DNA of 64,000 bases, taken from NCBI RefSeq assembly GCF_009914755.1, contig NC_060932.1; one strand, 5' to 3'. Position numbers and translations under genes: made by a program. The stretch comes from the human T2T-CHM13v2.0 reference genome, Homo sapiens. Each line of letters starts with the position of its first letter. Position 1 is the stretch's first letter. Of this stretch, positions 27,915 through 41,830 are shown one piece after another. Below the pieces are notes generated by a model that was not told the DNA's origin, did no database searches, and saw nothing but the letters and a program-made list of their open reading frames with translations.

Positions 27915-29246
27915 TGTCTCACACGTCCGTGTAAAGAGACCACCAAATAGGCTTTGTGTGAGCAACAAGGCTATTTCTTTCACCTGGGTACAGGCAGGCT
28001 GAGTCCAAAAAGAGAATCAGCAAAGGTGGTGGGATTATCTTTAGTTCTTATAGGTTTTGGGGATAGGCGGTGGAGTTAAGAGCAATGTTTTGTGGGCAGG
28101 GGGTGGATCTCACAAAGTACATCCTCAAGGGTGGGAGAATTACAGAGAACCTTCTTAAGGGTGGGAGGATTACAAAGAACCTTCTTAAGGGTGGGGAGAA
28201 TTACAAAGAACCTTCTTAAGGGTGGGAGGATTACAGAGAACCTTCTTAAGGGTGGGAGGATTACAGAGAACCTTCTTAAGGGTGGGAGGATTACAGAGAA
28301 CCTTCTTAAGGGTGGGAGGATTACAGAGAACCTTCTTAAGGGTGGGAGGATTACAGAGAACCTTCTTAAGGGTGGGAGGATTACAGAGAACCTTCTTAAG
28401 GGTGGGAGGATTACAGAGAACCTTCTTAAGGGTGGGAGGATTACAGAGAACCTTCTTAAGGGTGGGAGGATTACAGAGAACCTTCTTAAGGGTGGGAGGA
28501 TTACAGAGAACCTTCTTAAGGGTGGGAGGATTACAGAGAACCTTCTTAAGGGTGGGAGGATTACAGAGAACCTTCTTAAGGGTGGGAGGATTACAGAGAA
28601 CCTTCTTAAGGGTGGGAGGATTACAGAGAACCTTCTTAAGGGTGGGAGGATTACAGAGAACCTTCTTAAGGGTGGGAGGATTACAGAGAACCTTCTTAAG
28701 GGTGGGAGGATTACAGAGAACCTTCTTAAGGGTGGGAGGATTACAGAGAACCTTCTTAAGGGTGGGAGGATTACAGAGAACCTTCTTAAGGGTGGGAGGA
28801 TTACAGAGAACCTTCTTAAGGGTGGGAGGATTACAGAGAACCTTCTTAAGGGTGGGAGGATTACAGAGAACCTTCTTAAGGGTGGGAGGATTACAGAGAA
28901 CCTTCTTAAGGGTGGGAGGATTACAGAGAACCTTCTTAAGGGTGGGAGGATTACAGAGAACCTTCTTAAGGGTGGGAGGATTACAGAGAACCTTCTTAAG
29001 GGTGGGAGGATTACAGAGAACCTTCTTAAGGGTGGGAGGATTACAGAGAACCTTCTTAAGGGTGGGAGGATTACAGAGTACATTGATCAGTTAGGGTGAG
29101 GCAGAAACAAATCACAATGGTGGAATGTCATCAGTTAAGGCTATTTTCACTTCTTTTGTGGATCTTCAGTTGCTTCAGGCCATCTGGATATGTACGTGCA
29201 GGTCACAGGGGATATGATAGCTTAGCTTGGGCTCAGAGGCCTGACA
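27915..29246 (-). mobile_element. HERV-H LTR7B (type II) solo LTR with expanded U3 repeat
   Basis: Minus strand starts tgtcaggcctctgagcccaagctaagc and ends ...acggacgtgtgagaca; 5-bp TSD cctag (27910-27914 / 29247-29251). Confidence 0.93.
28130..29078. repeat. 30-bp minisatellite (GGTGGGAGGATTACAGAGAACCTTCTTAAG)n
   Basis: 28 perfect units at 28221-29060, 3 variant units before them and a partial unit after. Confidence 0.98.
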
Positions 29247-29384
29247 CCTAGCATGCCCCTTACTTGTAATACTGATTGTTTAGTTTCCCATAGTTTTAGC
29301 CACTCCTTATTAATATATTATACATTACCTTTTTATTATATTTATTACTTAGTGTCTATTTTTCTCTAAAGAAAGTGGGCTCTA

Positions 29385-29535
29385 AGCCAGGCATGGTGGT
29401 GCATACCTGTAGTCTCAGCTACAGAGGAAGCTGAGGTGGGAGGATTGCTTGAGCCCAGGAGTTTGAGGCCAGCCTGGACAACATAGCAAGACCCTAGGTC
29501 AAAAAAATAAAAAATAAAAAACAAAAAACAGAAAA
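29385..29535 (+). mobile_element. FLAM (free left Alu monomer, FLAM_A-like)
   Basis: ggaggattgcttgagcccaggagtttgaggccagcctggacaacatagcaagacc plus A tail. Confidence 0.85.
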
Positions 29536-29744
29536 AAGAAAGTAACTAAGCTTCATAAGATGTTGGGTCTTTGTCCAATTGTCTACTCTTATATTCCTAG
29601 ATCAATGCCTGACATATAGAATGTCTTTAATAAATATTTACGGAGTAAGTTTTCTTTACTCTTTTAAAATAACTTACAACCTAATCTCAAAGGACATATA
29701 TCAACTGACTGGAAAATATAGAAGGATGAGTAGAGTTTTTACCC

Positions 29745-29878
29745 TTTACTTTCTATATATCTATATACTTTCCATATATATATATATATATCTATATTTC
29801 TATATATCTGTGTACTTTATATATATATAAAGTATATATATATATACTTTCTATATATCTGTGTACTTTATATATATC
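29745..29878. repeat. (TA)n-rich low-complexity tract with palindromes
   Basis: Alternating TA runs; two overlapping 22-bp palindromes (29813-29834, 29829-29850). Confidence 0.9.
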
Positions 29879-30790
29879 GGTAATGTTAGAATTTTTTTAA
29901 AACAGCATCACTATTATCATAACTGCATATCTAGAAACAAGAAGAAAAAAAAGGCATCCTTTATTCTACTATTTAACACATTATGTGCTAATTTTCACTA
30001 TGCAATAAAACAAATTTGTGAACAAACAAATTAAAATAATTTTGCATCTACATTTTTTGGAAACTTGATTCCAACATAGTCTTCCAAATTTCTTTTCATT
30101 GCAAAGATTTTTTACATGTGTTCTCTATGAGTTAAGAATAAGAGTCAAAATGCTGAATGGAACTTTCAGAGCCATCCATCTTTGAGTCTGCATTTTATCC
30201 ATAATTTCTGATGAAACTATACTTTAACTTAGCATAATTCAATGACCAGGAAATCTGTGTAGACATATGTGCATGATAATTGTGTATGTACTTATATTCG
30301 TAAAGTTCATCATACCGTAGGTAGTATTTATGATTCCTCTTCCAAAACAGTGGCAGACTTAAATGTAAGGGAGAAATATAGGTAGTGGATTGAAGGTGTC
30401 GTAAGAATCTATCTTTGGCAAAATATGTTTGTATTGGCTTGTCATAGTACCCCAAATAAGCAGAGATAAGAACTGTCTGCAAGATTACTGTTAAAATTCA
30501 TTCGTATATTCTTGGAGGGTGAATCCTGGAGCATATCAGAATTGCATTTTATTCTGATCAAATAACTAGCTATTTCCTAGCATTATCTTGAAACATAGCT
30601 CATAAAAAGGGTAAATGTTATGGATAAAGAGAAGAAAATTTAGGAAGAAAATGTCAGGCATTTGGAAGACGGCAGATAGAGTGAAGCTGGTGGGAGGGGT
30701 TGTAAAAGAGGAATAGTGATGCTGTTGTGGAAGAGGAGAGTAGCTCAAAGTCACTGGCTGCAAAGAGCTTGTTAAGAAAAACCCCAAATA

Positions 30791-31100
<310 letters not shown>

Positions 31101-31739
31101 AGTAAATATTGTGCCCTCCAAACAGCAAACATGATTGCATTTCTTTCATTCAATTATTCATTCACTCATCCATCCACTCAGCAAAATTTCACTGAGCACA
31201 TACTGTGTCCAGAGCACTATGGAAGACAAGAGTACATTTGTAGAAGATTACAACACAGCATGTTCCTTTGAAAGGAACCGGAGTTGGAAATTCAATGAGT
31301 TCAAGTGTCTGTTGCTTCCTGCCCCAGAGCAGCCCTTGTCAAGCTTACTTGGAGCTCCCCCTTCATTTCCTGAAGGGACCCAGCCAGTCCCAAAGCTGCC
31401 AGGAGCGTACAGAGGTTTACACAATCTGACTCCAGCCTGCTGGAGCAGCTCACGTGCCCAGCTGCTTGGACGGCGACACGCAAGGCAGCTGTGCAGGCCC
31501 ACAGGCCTTGCTTGGCCACCCAGGAGCACTCCCTGGAGGGGAGAAGCTGGAGCTACAGCCCACCTGGCTACTGCAGGACACTGAGAGGTCAAGCTGGGAA
31601 AGGTCTGGAGTCTGCAAATCATCACCCTCAATGCTGAAGAGCACGAGACAGGGCATTTGGGGGGTATTCTGAAGCTCAAAGCTAAACAGTGTTATGGGCT
31701 AAGACTAGCATTTAGCTTCTTCAGTCCTGTTGTTTGGCA

Positions 31740-31990
31740 TGGGGAGGTGATTGAAAGATTGGCTTTGGACAAACATAATGCTCAGTTCAAGTAGAAGCCA
31801 CTGCATAGCTTAATATCTGTGTGACTAAGTGAGTTACTTAACAGCTGGGGTTCGTTGGCCATATCTGTAGAATAGGGAAAATAGTAAGACCAACCTCACA
31901 GAGCTATCAGGAGGATTAAAGGAAAAAAATATATATCAAGTAATTACTGTATTTCACAGAACATTGTAAGGTTCAATACTATTGGGCTTA
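31740..31990 (+). mobile_element. MIR SINE remnant
   Basis: gtgtgact...gagttacttaac...atctgtagaataggg...acctcacagag...gaggattaaa. Confidence 0.6.
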
Positions 31991-32011
31991 TTGATCCATA
32001 TTTTTATTATA

Positions 32012-32313
32012 TTTTTTTTTCTGTTGGGGGGAGGAAGAATCTCACTTTGTTGCCCAGGCAGGAGTACAGTGGCACAATCATGGCTAACTGTAGCCTCGAA
32101 TTCCTGTGCTCAAGGGATCCTCCCGCCTCAGCCTCTGAATAGCTAGGACTGCAAGTGTTTGTCACCATGCCTGGCTAATTTTTATCTTATTTTTTGTGGA
32201 GATGAGGTCTCGCTATGTTGCCCAGACTGGTCTTGATCTCCTGGCCTCAAGTGTTCTGCCCACCTTAGCCTCCCAAACACTGGGATAACAGGTGTGAGAC
32301 ACCTCACCCAGCC
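32012..32313 (-). mobile_element. AluJ-like
   Basis: Diverged antisense Alu. Confidence 0.9.
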
Positions 32314-32439
32314 TTTTCTTTTTTCTTTTAAATCTTCCAGTTTCTGTACCTGCTCTCCTCATTCTCCTGATTTATCCTAATGTTTATTAAAGGGATATTT
32401 CTCCTTCATTCTATGAGCTCTCAGACTATTGAGAAGAAA

Positions 32440-32900
32440 AACACCCAATGTTTATTGTGTGCCTACTATTTATTAGGATTTGAAAGGACTCTTACAAGTC
32501 TATCATATACATAGACTTACCTGGTGCTCACAGCAACCTCATAAATAGGTAAATGTTATTGACAGTTTATAGATAAGAAGGTTGAGCCTTGCCCTCAGCT
32601 AGTATGGGATGAAGCGAGATACAGTAGAGCTTTATAAGCCAGAACAATCTAGAATTAAATCCTGTCTGCTACTACTACTACAAAGTATATGACCTGGTGT
32701 GACCTCATAGCTACTCTAAGCCTCGAGTTCATTGACTATAAAATGAGGATAGTAGCTAGTTCATTAGGTTTTTCTGAAGATTAAATTGAATCAAATACCT
32801 AGTACCACACTCAATTTTCAACACAAGAATGGCATGAAATAAATACTATTATCATCACATGGTGAGAACTGACATTTGAATGTAGCTCTGACTTCCAAAC
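32440..32900. mobile_element. Two MIR remnants, a + copy (~32620-32855) apparently nested in a - copy
   Basis: Antisense MIR motifs before and after a sense core (ctctaagcctcgagttc...tataaaatgaggatagtag). Confidence 0.5.
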
Positions 32901-33007
32901 TTCAAAATGTACCCTCCTATGTTTTAGGTGTGAATTCTTTCTGCAACTAAAGTGTGTGTTTTTGCTTTTAAAACTCAGTTTTTACTTCTGACAAGTGAGA
33001 AAAGAGA

Positions 33008-33380
33008 TGTCTGTGTTCATTAGGGTACAGAGTATATTGCTCTATCAAACAGGTACAAAACACAGTGGCTTAAATAAAATAGCAATGTATTTCTTTCTCT
33101 CTCATGTAATAGTGTACAAGTCAGTGGTCCAGATTATTTTGCTCCAGGGGCCATTTAGGGAACCCAGGTCAAAGGTGGGTCACTTTCTGCTCTAGGTTTC
33201 AGCCCACAGGAAGACCAAAAAGAGGACAAGTAGAGGGCAAACAGCATCCTTTAAGCAAGTGACATGAAAGTTGCAAACAACACATCCACCTACATTTTAA
33301 AGGCTGTATTAAGCTGCAAAGGAGGATGAGAAATGCAGTCTTCAGTTGGGTAGTCTAATATGTCCAATAAAACCATAGCT
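33008..33380 (-). mobile_element. MLT1 (J-like) MaLR LTR remnant
   Basis: cagtggcttaaataaaatag...tttctttctctctca...agctgcaaaggaggatgagaaatgcagtctt. Confidence 0.65.
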
Positions 33381-33557
33381 ATGCAAGACAATTTGAGAGG
33401 AAATAAATAATAATTATATCTGGGGAAATATAATGCTGATTTTAAGTTACTTTAAGCATATTATGCTCCTCCAATAATTTGTTTGGTTTTCCTTTTATAT
33501 ATCATTAGATGAGTTGACTAGCAGGGTTACAGGCTTGGCAAATTTTTTCTAATTTAA

Positions 33558-33953
<396 letters not shown>

Positions 33954-34009
33954 CTCTCCTCTATTTTTAATAATCATTAATGTTTTAGTGCAGGTATCTA
34001 CTTAGAGGC

Positions 34010-34381
34010 TTTATTAATCCATTCTCACACTGCTATAACGCCATACCTGAGACTGGGTAATTTATTAAGGAAAGAGGTTTAATTGACTCACAGTTCTGCA
34101 GGGCTGGGGAGGCCTCGGGAAACTTACAATCAGGGCAGAGGGGGAAGCAAACATGTCCTTCCTCACAAGGTGGCAGAAGAGGGAAAAATAAGAGCCAAGT
34201 GAAGGAGGAAGCCCCTTATAAAAACATCAGATCTCAGGAGAACTTACTATCATGAGAAACATGGGGGAAATAACCCCTGTGATTCAGTTACCTCCCAACC
34301 CAGTCCCTCTCATGACACATGGGGGTATGGGAACTACAATTCAAGATGAAATTTTGGTGGGGACACAGCCAAACTGTACCA
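34010..34381 (-). mobile_element. THE1 (D-like) MaLR solo LTR
   Basis: ctgagactgggtaattta...aaagaggtttaattgactcacagttc...ggggacacagccaaac; TSD gaggc/gaggt. Confidence 0.9.
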
Positions 34382-35858
34382 GAGGTCTATCTTCTCTCCT
34401 TGAATCTCTTTACTTGGGTCAGAATACTGTTTTACATACCTTATTATCTCCAGGGCCAAGCAGCAGGTCTGGCATATAGAGAAAATCAATGCTAAATAAA
34501 TTAATAAACTAAAAAGATGCATATAGAAACTTCTGAAATGGTGCTTGACTTATTTATTGAGTACATGTTAGGGGACATTGTTAGATGACAATGGATGATC
34601 AAAGAAGAATAGATGACATCCCCCTTTACCCCTGCAAATGTGGACTGTAAATATATTCAAATGTATTTGTTTCCACATTGGGTATATTCTTGATTCTATG
34701 AGATGGATAAAAGCATTTACTAAATTACACAGCAAATAGTAATCCTTGAACAACTTCAAGGTCAAAAAATACATAGTTCTTTGTGATATGAAAGGTTTTA
34801 ATGAAAGACACGTTTCCTTCTCTTAGATATCTGCCACATTTGTCCTTATTCCCCACTGAATCTTTGAAGGTCTGTAATTCAAGTAAAGCTTGATCTTCCT
34901 GAAACCGTTCATGAAAACTTAAAAGAAGTTTCTCTCCACTCTCAACAAAATAAGCTAGTTTGCTGATTTATTGCACTTTTCTCTCTTTCCCTGAAATTTC
35001 AATATTGATTTTTTTTTTTAAGAAGCCTGTTTTAAAATTTTATTTCCCTGGCCAGCTGTCTGAATATTCCTTTCTTTTCATTTTTCAGAAACATCTCTTT
35101 TCTTCACTGCCTCCCAGCCACCCCAGTTACCACTTGCTTGAGTTTCTTTTTCCCAAATTGCTGCCTTTTGTCTTCTCAGCTACAGTGTAATGCAATGTCT
35201 TCTTCCTTCAAACATTTTGACCTCAAACCAAATACATTTCAGAGAAAGCTCACATGTTCCTCATCCTGTTGTAGTATTAACATATTCTAGATCCATAGAA
35301 ATTGATGCATTACGATTTATTTATAATAGCCTGCATATTTAACAAATGTAGCTAAGAGTGCTTAACACGCCTTAAACAATTTCAAAGGAGACATTGAACA
35401 CATAAAATCTGTTGGCTATTTGTAAATCTGGCAACATTATTGGTTTTGATGAATGCTACTTAACATAAAACATACACATTCTGCTCAAATCAATCTTAGA
35501 ACAAACTTGACTCATTTATTCTTAGCTAAATTTTCTAATCAAATATATGCCCTTCAGCAAATAGCCTTTCTAAAAATGACTGCTACACAATAAAGTTCAG
35601 TAAAATGTTCTATGTGTCTGTACATTGTCTATCAATTTTGCTATGTGTTGTCTACATTCAGACATTACGTGTGTCTCAATTGTGAATTACTGTGCCTTTT
35701 TTTTCTGTCACTGAAACCTAGAAATACTATGTACAACATATGTTATCAATAGAATAAAAAAAAATTCGTTTACACTCTCAACTAAGCATCCACTGTGTGC
35801 CAGCATTATGCCAAGCACTGGTAAATAAAGTTGAATAAAATGCCACCACCTTTGCTCT

Positions 35859-36457
35859 TGTGCAAGGAAAATTAATCTTGGGACCCCCAAATCACTAAGC
35901 CAAGAGAAAAGTCAAGGTGGGGTTTATGTCAGGCAAACCTGCCTCCCATTTTATTCCTAAATAAGTTAGACTACAAAGGTAAGAAGTTACATCCCTCCCT
36001 CACTATTTGCCCACAAGGAAATTCCTTGTGGACAAAAGACAGACAGAACCCAAAGTCATCCCTTTGAGGATTACCTGAGACAAATGCATATCTGATTGCT
36101 GCCTTTGCCTATTGCTTATGTAAAAATGCAGATTTAGTGAGCCAGACTAAATGGTGTGTTCAGTGGAAGGCTGATCAAGGATTCAAAAGAATGCAACCTT
36201 TTGTCTCTTACCTACTTCTGACCTGGAAAACCCCACTTCAAGTTGTCCCCCCTTAGTGGACCAAACCTGTGTACATCTTACACATATTGATTGATGTTTC
36301 ATGTCTCCCTAAAATGTATAAAAGCCAGCTGTACCATGACCACCTTGGGCACATGTCACCAGGACCTCATGAGGCTATGTCACAGGTGCATCCTTAACCT
36401 TGGCAAAATAAGCTTTCTAAATTGACTGAGACCTGTCTCATATATTTTGGGTTCACA
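35859..36457 (+). mobile_element. MER4A/MER4A1 ERV1 solo LTR inserted in an L2
   Basis: tgtgcaaggaaaattaatcttgggacccc...gggttcaca; 4-bp TSD ctct. Confidence 0.85.
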
Positions 36458-36594
36458 CTCTCAAGAAGTTCACAGTCTAAATGGGGAGAGAGAGACAATT
36501 GCAATCATTGTCAGAAGTTACCTAAAAAATGTATTAAAGTGAGAAGATCCAAGACTTAGATGGCCTAGGCACACATCTAGATCCTGGCATTAAA

Positions 36595-36918
36595 TTTTTT
36601 GTTGTTGTTTTTTGTTTTTTTGTTTTTGTTTTTTTGAGATGGAGCTTTGCTCTTGTTGCTGAGGCTGGAGTGCAATGGCGCGATCTCTGCTCACCGCAAC
36701 CTCCACCTCCCAGGTTCAAGTCATTCTCCTGCCTCAGCCTTCCCAAGTAGCTGGGATTATAGGCATGCACCACCAAGCCTAGCTAATTTTGTAGTTTTAG
36801 TAGAGATGGGGTTTCCCCGTGTGGGTCAGGCTGGTCTCGAACTCCTGACCTCAGGTGATCTGCCCATCTTGGCCTCCCAAAGTGCTGGGATTACAGGCGT
36901 GAGCCACCGCACCCGGCT
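36595..36918 (-). mobile_element. AluS (Sq/Sp-like)
   Basis: Antisense Alu with T/G-rich tail. Confidence 0.93.
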
Positions 36919-37523
36919 CTGGGCAGTAAATGTTTTTAAAGACAAGTGGTTGTTTTCTAGGCAAATAAAAATAGGATAGAGTTGTAAACAAAGTACAAGT
37001 CCAGTAGTCTAAACACTGTAAAAAATGTAAACAACATGTTTTGGTAATTTAAAAAGGTCATAAACATTTAAAAAAATCATACCGTTGTGATAATTTAAGG
37101 CTAGTTTGCTAAAGTGAATAGCATGTTGAAAGTTGTGAAATTCAGTGGGTAGCAAATAAATGCCCAGAGTTGATTTTATACTTTTTGCTCCTGAAGCAAA
37201 GTTTTTCATACCTTAGATAATCCTCAAAATGTATGCACTTCCTTGACATGGTGTGTAAATGCAGAGAGTTCACCTAATCACCTGACTTGGTGCTATGGAA
37301 TTAAAGATGCTTATAATAACCCCTGCCTACTTACCTCCCTTTTTGCAAAGAGTATGGACCCTGAAATCAGACAATTCCAAGCAAAAATAGTGGACTTCTA
37401 TCATGAGGGTAATCTTGGGTAAGTGCCACAAAAGCACTGAGATCCAGGGTACTCAAAGTTGAGAGAGATCCAAGAGTAACTATTTCAGAGAGTTATTGTG
37501 AGAATTAGATGAAATCAAATATC

Positions 37524-37807
<284 letters not shown>

Positions 37808-37809
37808 TC

Positions 37810-38281
37810 TGTATGAGCCAGGATTCTTCAGAGAAACAGACCACGAGTGGAGACAGCTTTATTATAAGAAATCAGCCCATGGGATGATGGTGGCTGACAA
37901 TTCCCAAGATCTTCAGGGTGAGCTGGCTGGCATGCTGGATAACCATGAAGGCCAATGGTGTCGTTCCAGTTCAAAGGCTAGCAGACTGGAGCTTTAAAAA
38001 CAGCCCATGTTTCAGTTCAAGTTGAAAGGCAGAAAAAACTAATGTGCCAATTTGAAGGCAGGCAGGAATAATTCTTTCTTAACTTGGGGGCGGGTCAGCA
38101 TTTTTGTTCTATTCAGACCTTTAAATGATTGGGTGAGGCCCATCCACATTAGGCCCACCCACATCTGTCTACCAATTTAAATATTAAAAACAGCCTCACA
38201 GGAACGCTCGGGATAATGTTTGACCAGATATCTGGACAGCTTGTGGCCTAATCAAGTTGACACATAAAAGTAACCATTATA
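37810..38281 (-). mobile_element. MLT2 (B-like) ERVL LTR
   Basis: tgtatgagccaggattcttcagagaaacaga...aagttgacacataaaagtaaccat. Confidence 0.85.
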
Positions 38282-38818
38282 ATAGGTGGAGTTCACTTCC
38301 TAATTATTGAAATGAGGCTTCATAAAAATCTCAAATAAATGAAACCATAATATACACAAAGAAAAAATGGCTTCCTCAATTAGCAGAACATAAATAATTA
38401 TTTCTGTAGAAGCTGAGGATCATTATGGCAGAGTGAGCTACTAAGAGTGAAAAGGAGGAAGTGATTTCAAAAATTCACAATAAGAAAAACACAGACTATT
38501 AACACACTTTTCCCAAAAGTGAATAGAGCACACAATCACCACCACAACCACAAAATGAGAATATCAGCTTGTGGCCCACTCAAAGGACAACTTTCTAACC
38601 ACACACTGGGATGCCTGATGAGCCATGATTTTAGTGGCAATCCAACATGGAAATGAAGGAAAAAATCCTTGTGTTTGATGATGTATCTCTCAGTAGACTG
38701 CATTTAACAATTCCTGTAAGGGAACAGATAAAAACAGAAACCACGGAGGAGTATCAAAATTTAATTTTCCTCGGAGAACTAAAGGGAACTCTTTGAGAAA
38801 AAGAAGCTATAAACATGA

Positions 38819-39177
<359 letters not shown>

Positions 39178-39629
39178 AAGTCTGAATAATTTATACTTAT
39201 TGAGTGCTTGCGAGTGCCAGGCATTATACTGATTGCTGTCTCCTATGTGTCATTCATATAAAAACACTATAAGGTCCATGAGGGTATCTACCTTACAAAT
39301 GATTATGCTGGACCTCAAAAATGAAGGTTAATATCACATATCTAGAGAACACTGCATCTGGGATTCCGACCCAAATCCTCCTATGCCAAAGTCAGAAGAC
39401 TTGATAGCCCAGGTATTCTTCACAGTTGAGGCTTGGTTCTTGCATGGAGTAGGACAAATCGAGATAGCAATCAGCATAATGGGCCCACCAACCCCCACCC
39501 CAGAAAACCGACTGCTTAAAAAATTAAATTGTCTAAAAATATGGTGGTTGTAAAAAATATATATAATTGTTGTTAGTAAAATTACAACAAATAATAATAA
39601 TATCTACTGATACTTTATGCTTTCAGGTA

Positions 39630-40278
<649 letters not shown>

Positions 40279-41059
40279 GGTTAATTAGCAAACATGTTAC
40301 TGAATGTCCATTATCTACCTTGATGCCTAGTATAACCTTGTGAGATAGAGGTATTTTTCTAAGCCATTTCATGTATTTTTAATAACACTTTGGACTCTGA
40401 CCAATTTCCAGATAGACTCTTCTGCCTTTTAGAAGGCCAGTAACTAATCAGAACTACTGGCTCCCCTATCCCGAGATAAACAAGTTAGGCAAATGTGGAT
40501 GTATTAGATTTGTCATTTGATGAATGAGGAAAAACTTCTCCAGGAAGAATAGGAACAGCTTGAGTGAGTACACTTTCTTGAGCATGCCCAGGGGGAAAAT
40601 GAAGCCATTGTTATCTGATGTGACACCTAGGGCAGCCTGCCTGGCAAGCCCACCACCAACGAAGACTGTCCTTAATGAGAGTCTGGGATCAATTAAGGAA
40701 AAGTGAACTTCTAACCTATGTGAACTGTCACGGTTGAGGCCTGGCCTGGCTGATCTCTGCATTTCCAGAGGTTAATCACAGCGCTCCACGCTGACAAGGG
40801 CTTCCCTTCTTTTCCTACCTCAAGGTACTAAGTTGTGCCCTCTGAGGCCCCAGAGAGGAGAAAGTTCCCTTTCCCTTTATTTCTAAAGTAGGAAAATAAA
40901 AAAGATAAATAGTTGTGTGCAAGAATGTTTGCCCCATATCTAGAGCAGTGACTGGCATGTAATAGGTGTTCAAGACATTTTTTATCAAATGGTAATTTCA
41001 GATAAACCTTAAGAAAAATTCCAGCTCACAGCTCCTGATCTATAAACCTGAAAAAAATC

Positions 41060-41830
41060 AGCCATCTGTTCAATGCTGACTATATATCAGATGCTGTCTT
41101 TACATATTTAAGTACCAGTCATTCCTTTCAAGTATTCTGTACCACAGACGGTATTTTAAATGTCCATTTAATAGATGAGGGCATTGAGACACAGGCAGAT
41201 TGAACAACTTACCAAGTCACACAGCTGATAAGTGGGAGAGGTGGGAGGATATACAGCCAATACAACCCCACCACTTGTGGTTAAATCACCAGCCTGCCTT
41301 GCCTCATAATTTACAGAGAGTGAATTCATTAGGCAGAAATATGTATTCAAAAGTGAAGGCATCCTTCTTGGTTTGGAGCTTCACCAAAATTCTCTTATAG
41401 AATCTAAAAAAGCATTCTAACAGCTCTTTTAATGTTTACAACAATTCTATGATGTGGAAGTCATCAACCCTCATTTATAAATGAGAAAATGGGGTCAAAA
41501 TGGTCAAGTGGCTTGAAATGGTAACCTATTTAGTAAGTGGTAAATTCTGTCTCCTGAGTTTTATCTTCTAAACCCAGCTCTTGGGTTTACTATATAACTA
41601 TTGAATCTTGCATTTCAGCATCAACCTTGCATCAGCAAGAATTCTAATTCAGTTGTAAGAGCTGACTCCAACTAGTTTAATTAAGCTTGTTAAGGGATAA
41701 TTTGCTCATCTATAATATGAAGCTATTATAATACCTGCACTTTCTGTCTCAATGGGTCAACATGAAGAAAAGATGAGATGACGCAAGTGAAAACATTTTG
41801 TCAGCTGTAAACTAGAAGGCACTTTCAGTT
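41060..41830. mobile_element. Cluster of MIR remnants (two -, one +)
   Basis: Degenerate cores: atagatgagggcattgagacac; ttataaatgagaaaatgggg; ctcatctataatatgaag. Confidence 0.55.

Larger units (their letters stand above)
27380..29645 (+). mobile_element. L2 LINE 3' region split by LTR7B and FLAM insertions
   Basis: L2 motifs (tgcaataggctcttaac, tcaccttttcagtgaagcct, tgcctgacatatag...aataaatattt) continue on both sides of the inserts. Confidence 0.65.

Noticed and set aside
28130-29078. CRISPR-like array (30-bp repeats)
   Set aside because: Units are head-to-tail with no spacers, derive from the LTR7B U3 repeat, and the DNA is primate
28076-29099. Three 290-335-aa ORFs as real genes
   Set aside because: They follow from a stop-free 30-bp unit; there is no domain or gene structure, and the + ORFs lack an ATG start. 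Kept only as a speculative finding
31135-31679. Overlapping 149-aa and 143-aa ORFs
   Set aside because: No recognisable homology, non-ATG starts, and explained by local GC richness; one begins in an L2 remnant
36011-36031. Palindrome ccacaaggaa-a-ttccttgtgg
   Set aside because: Lies inside the MER4A LTR and appears to be a family feature
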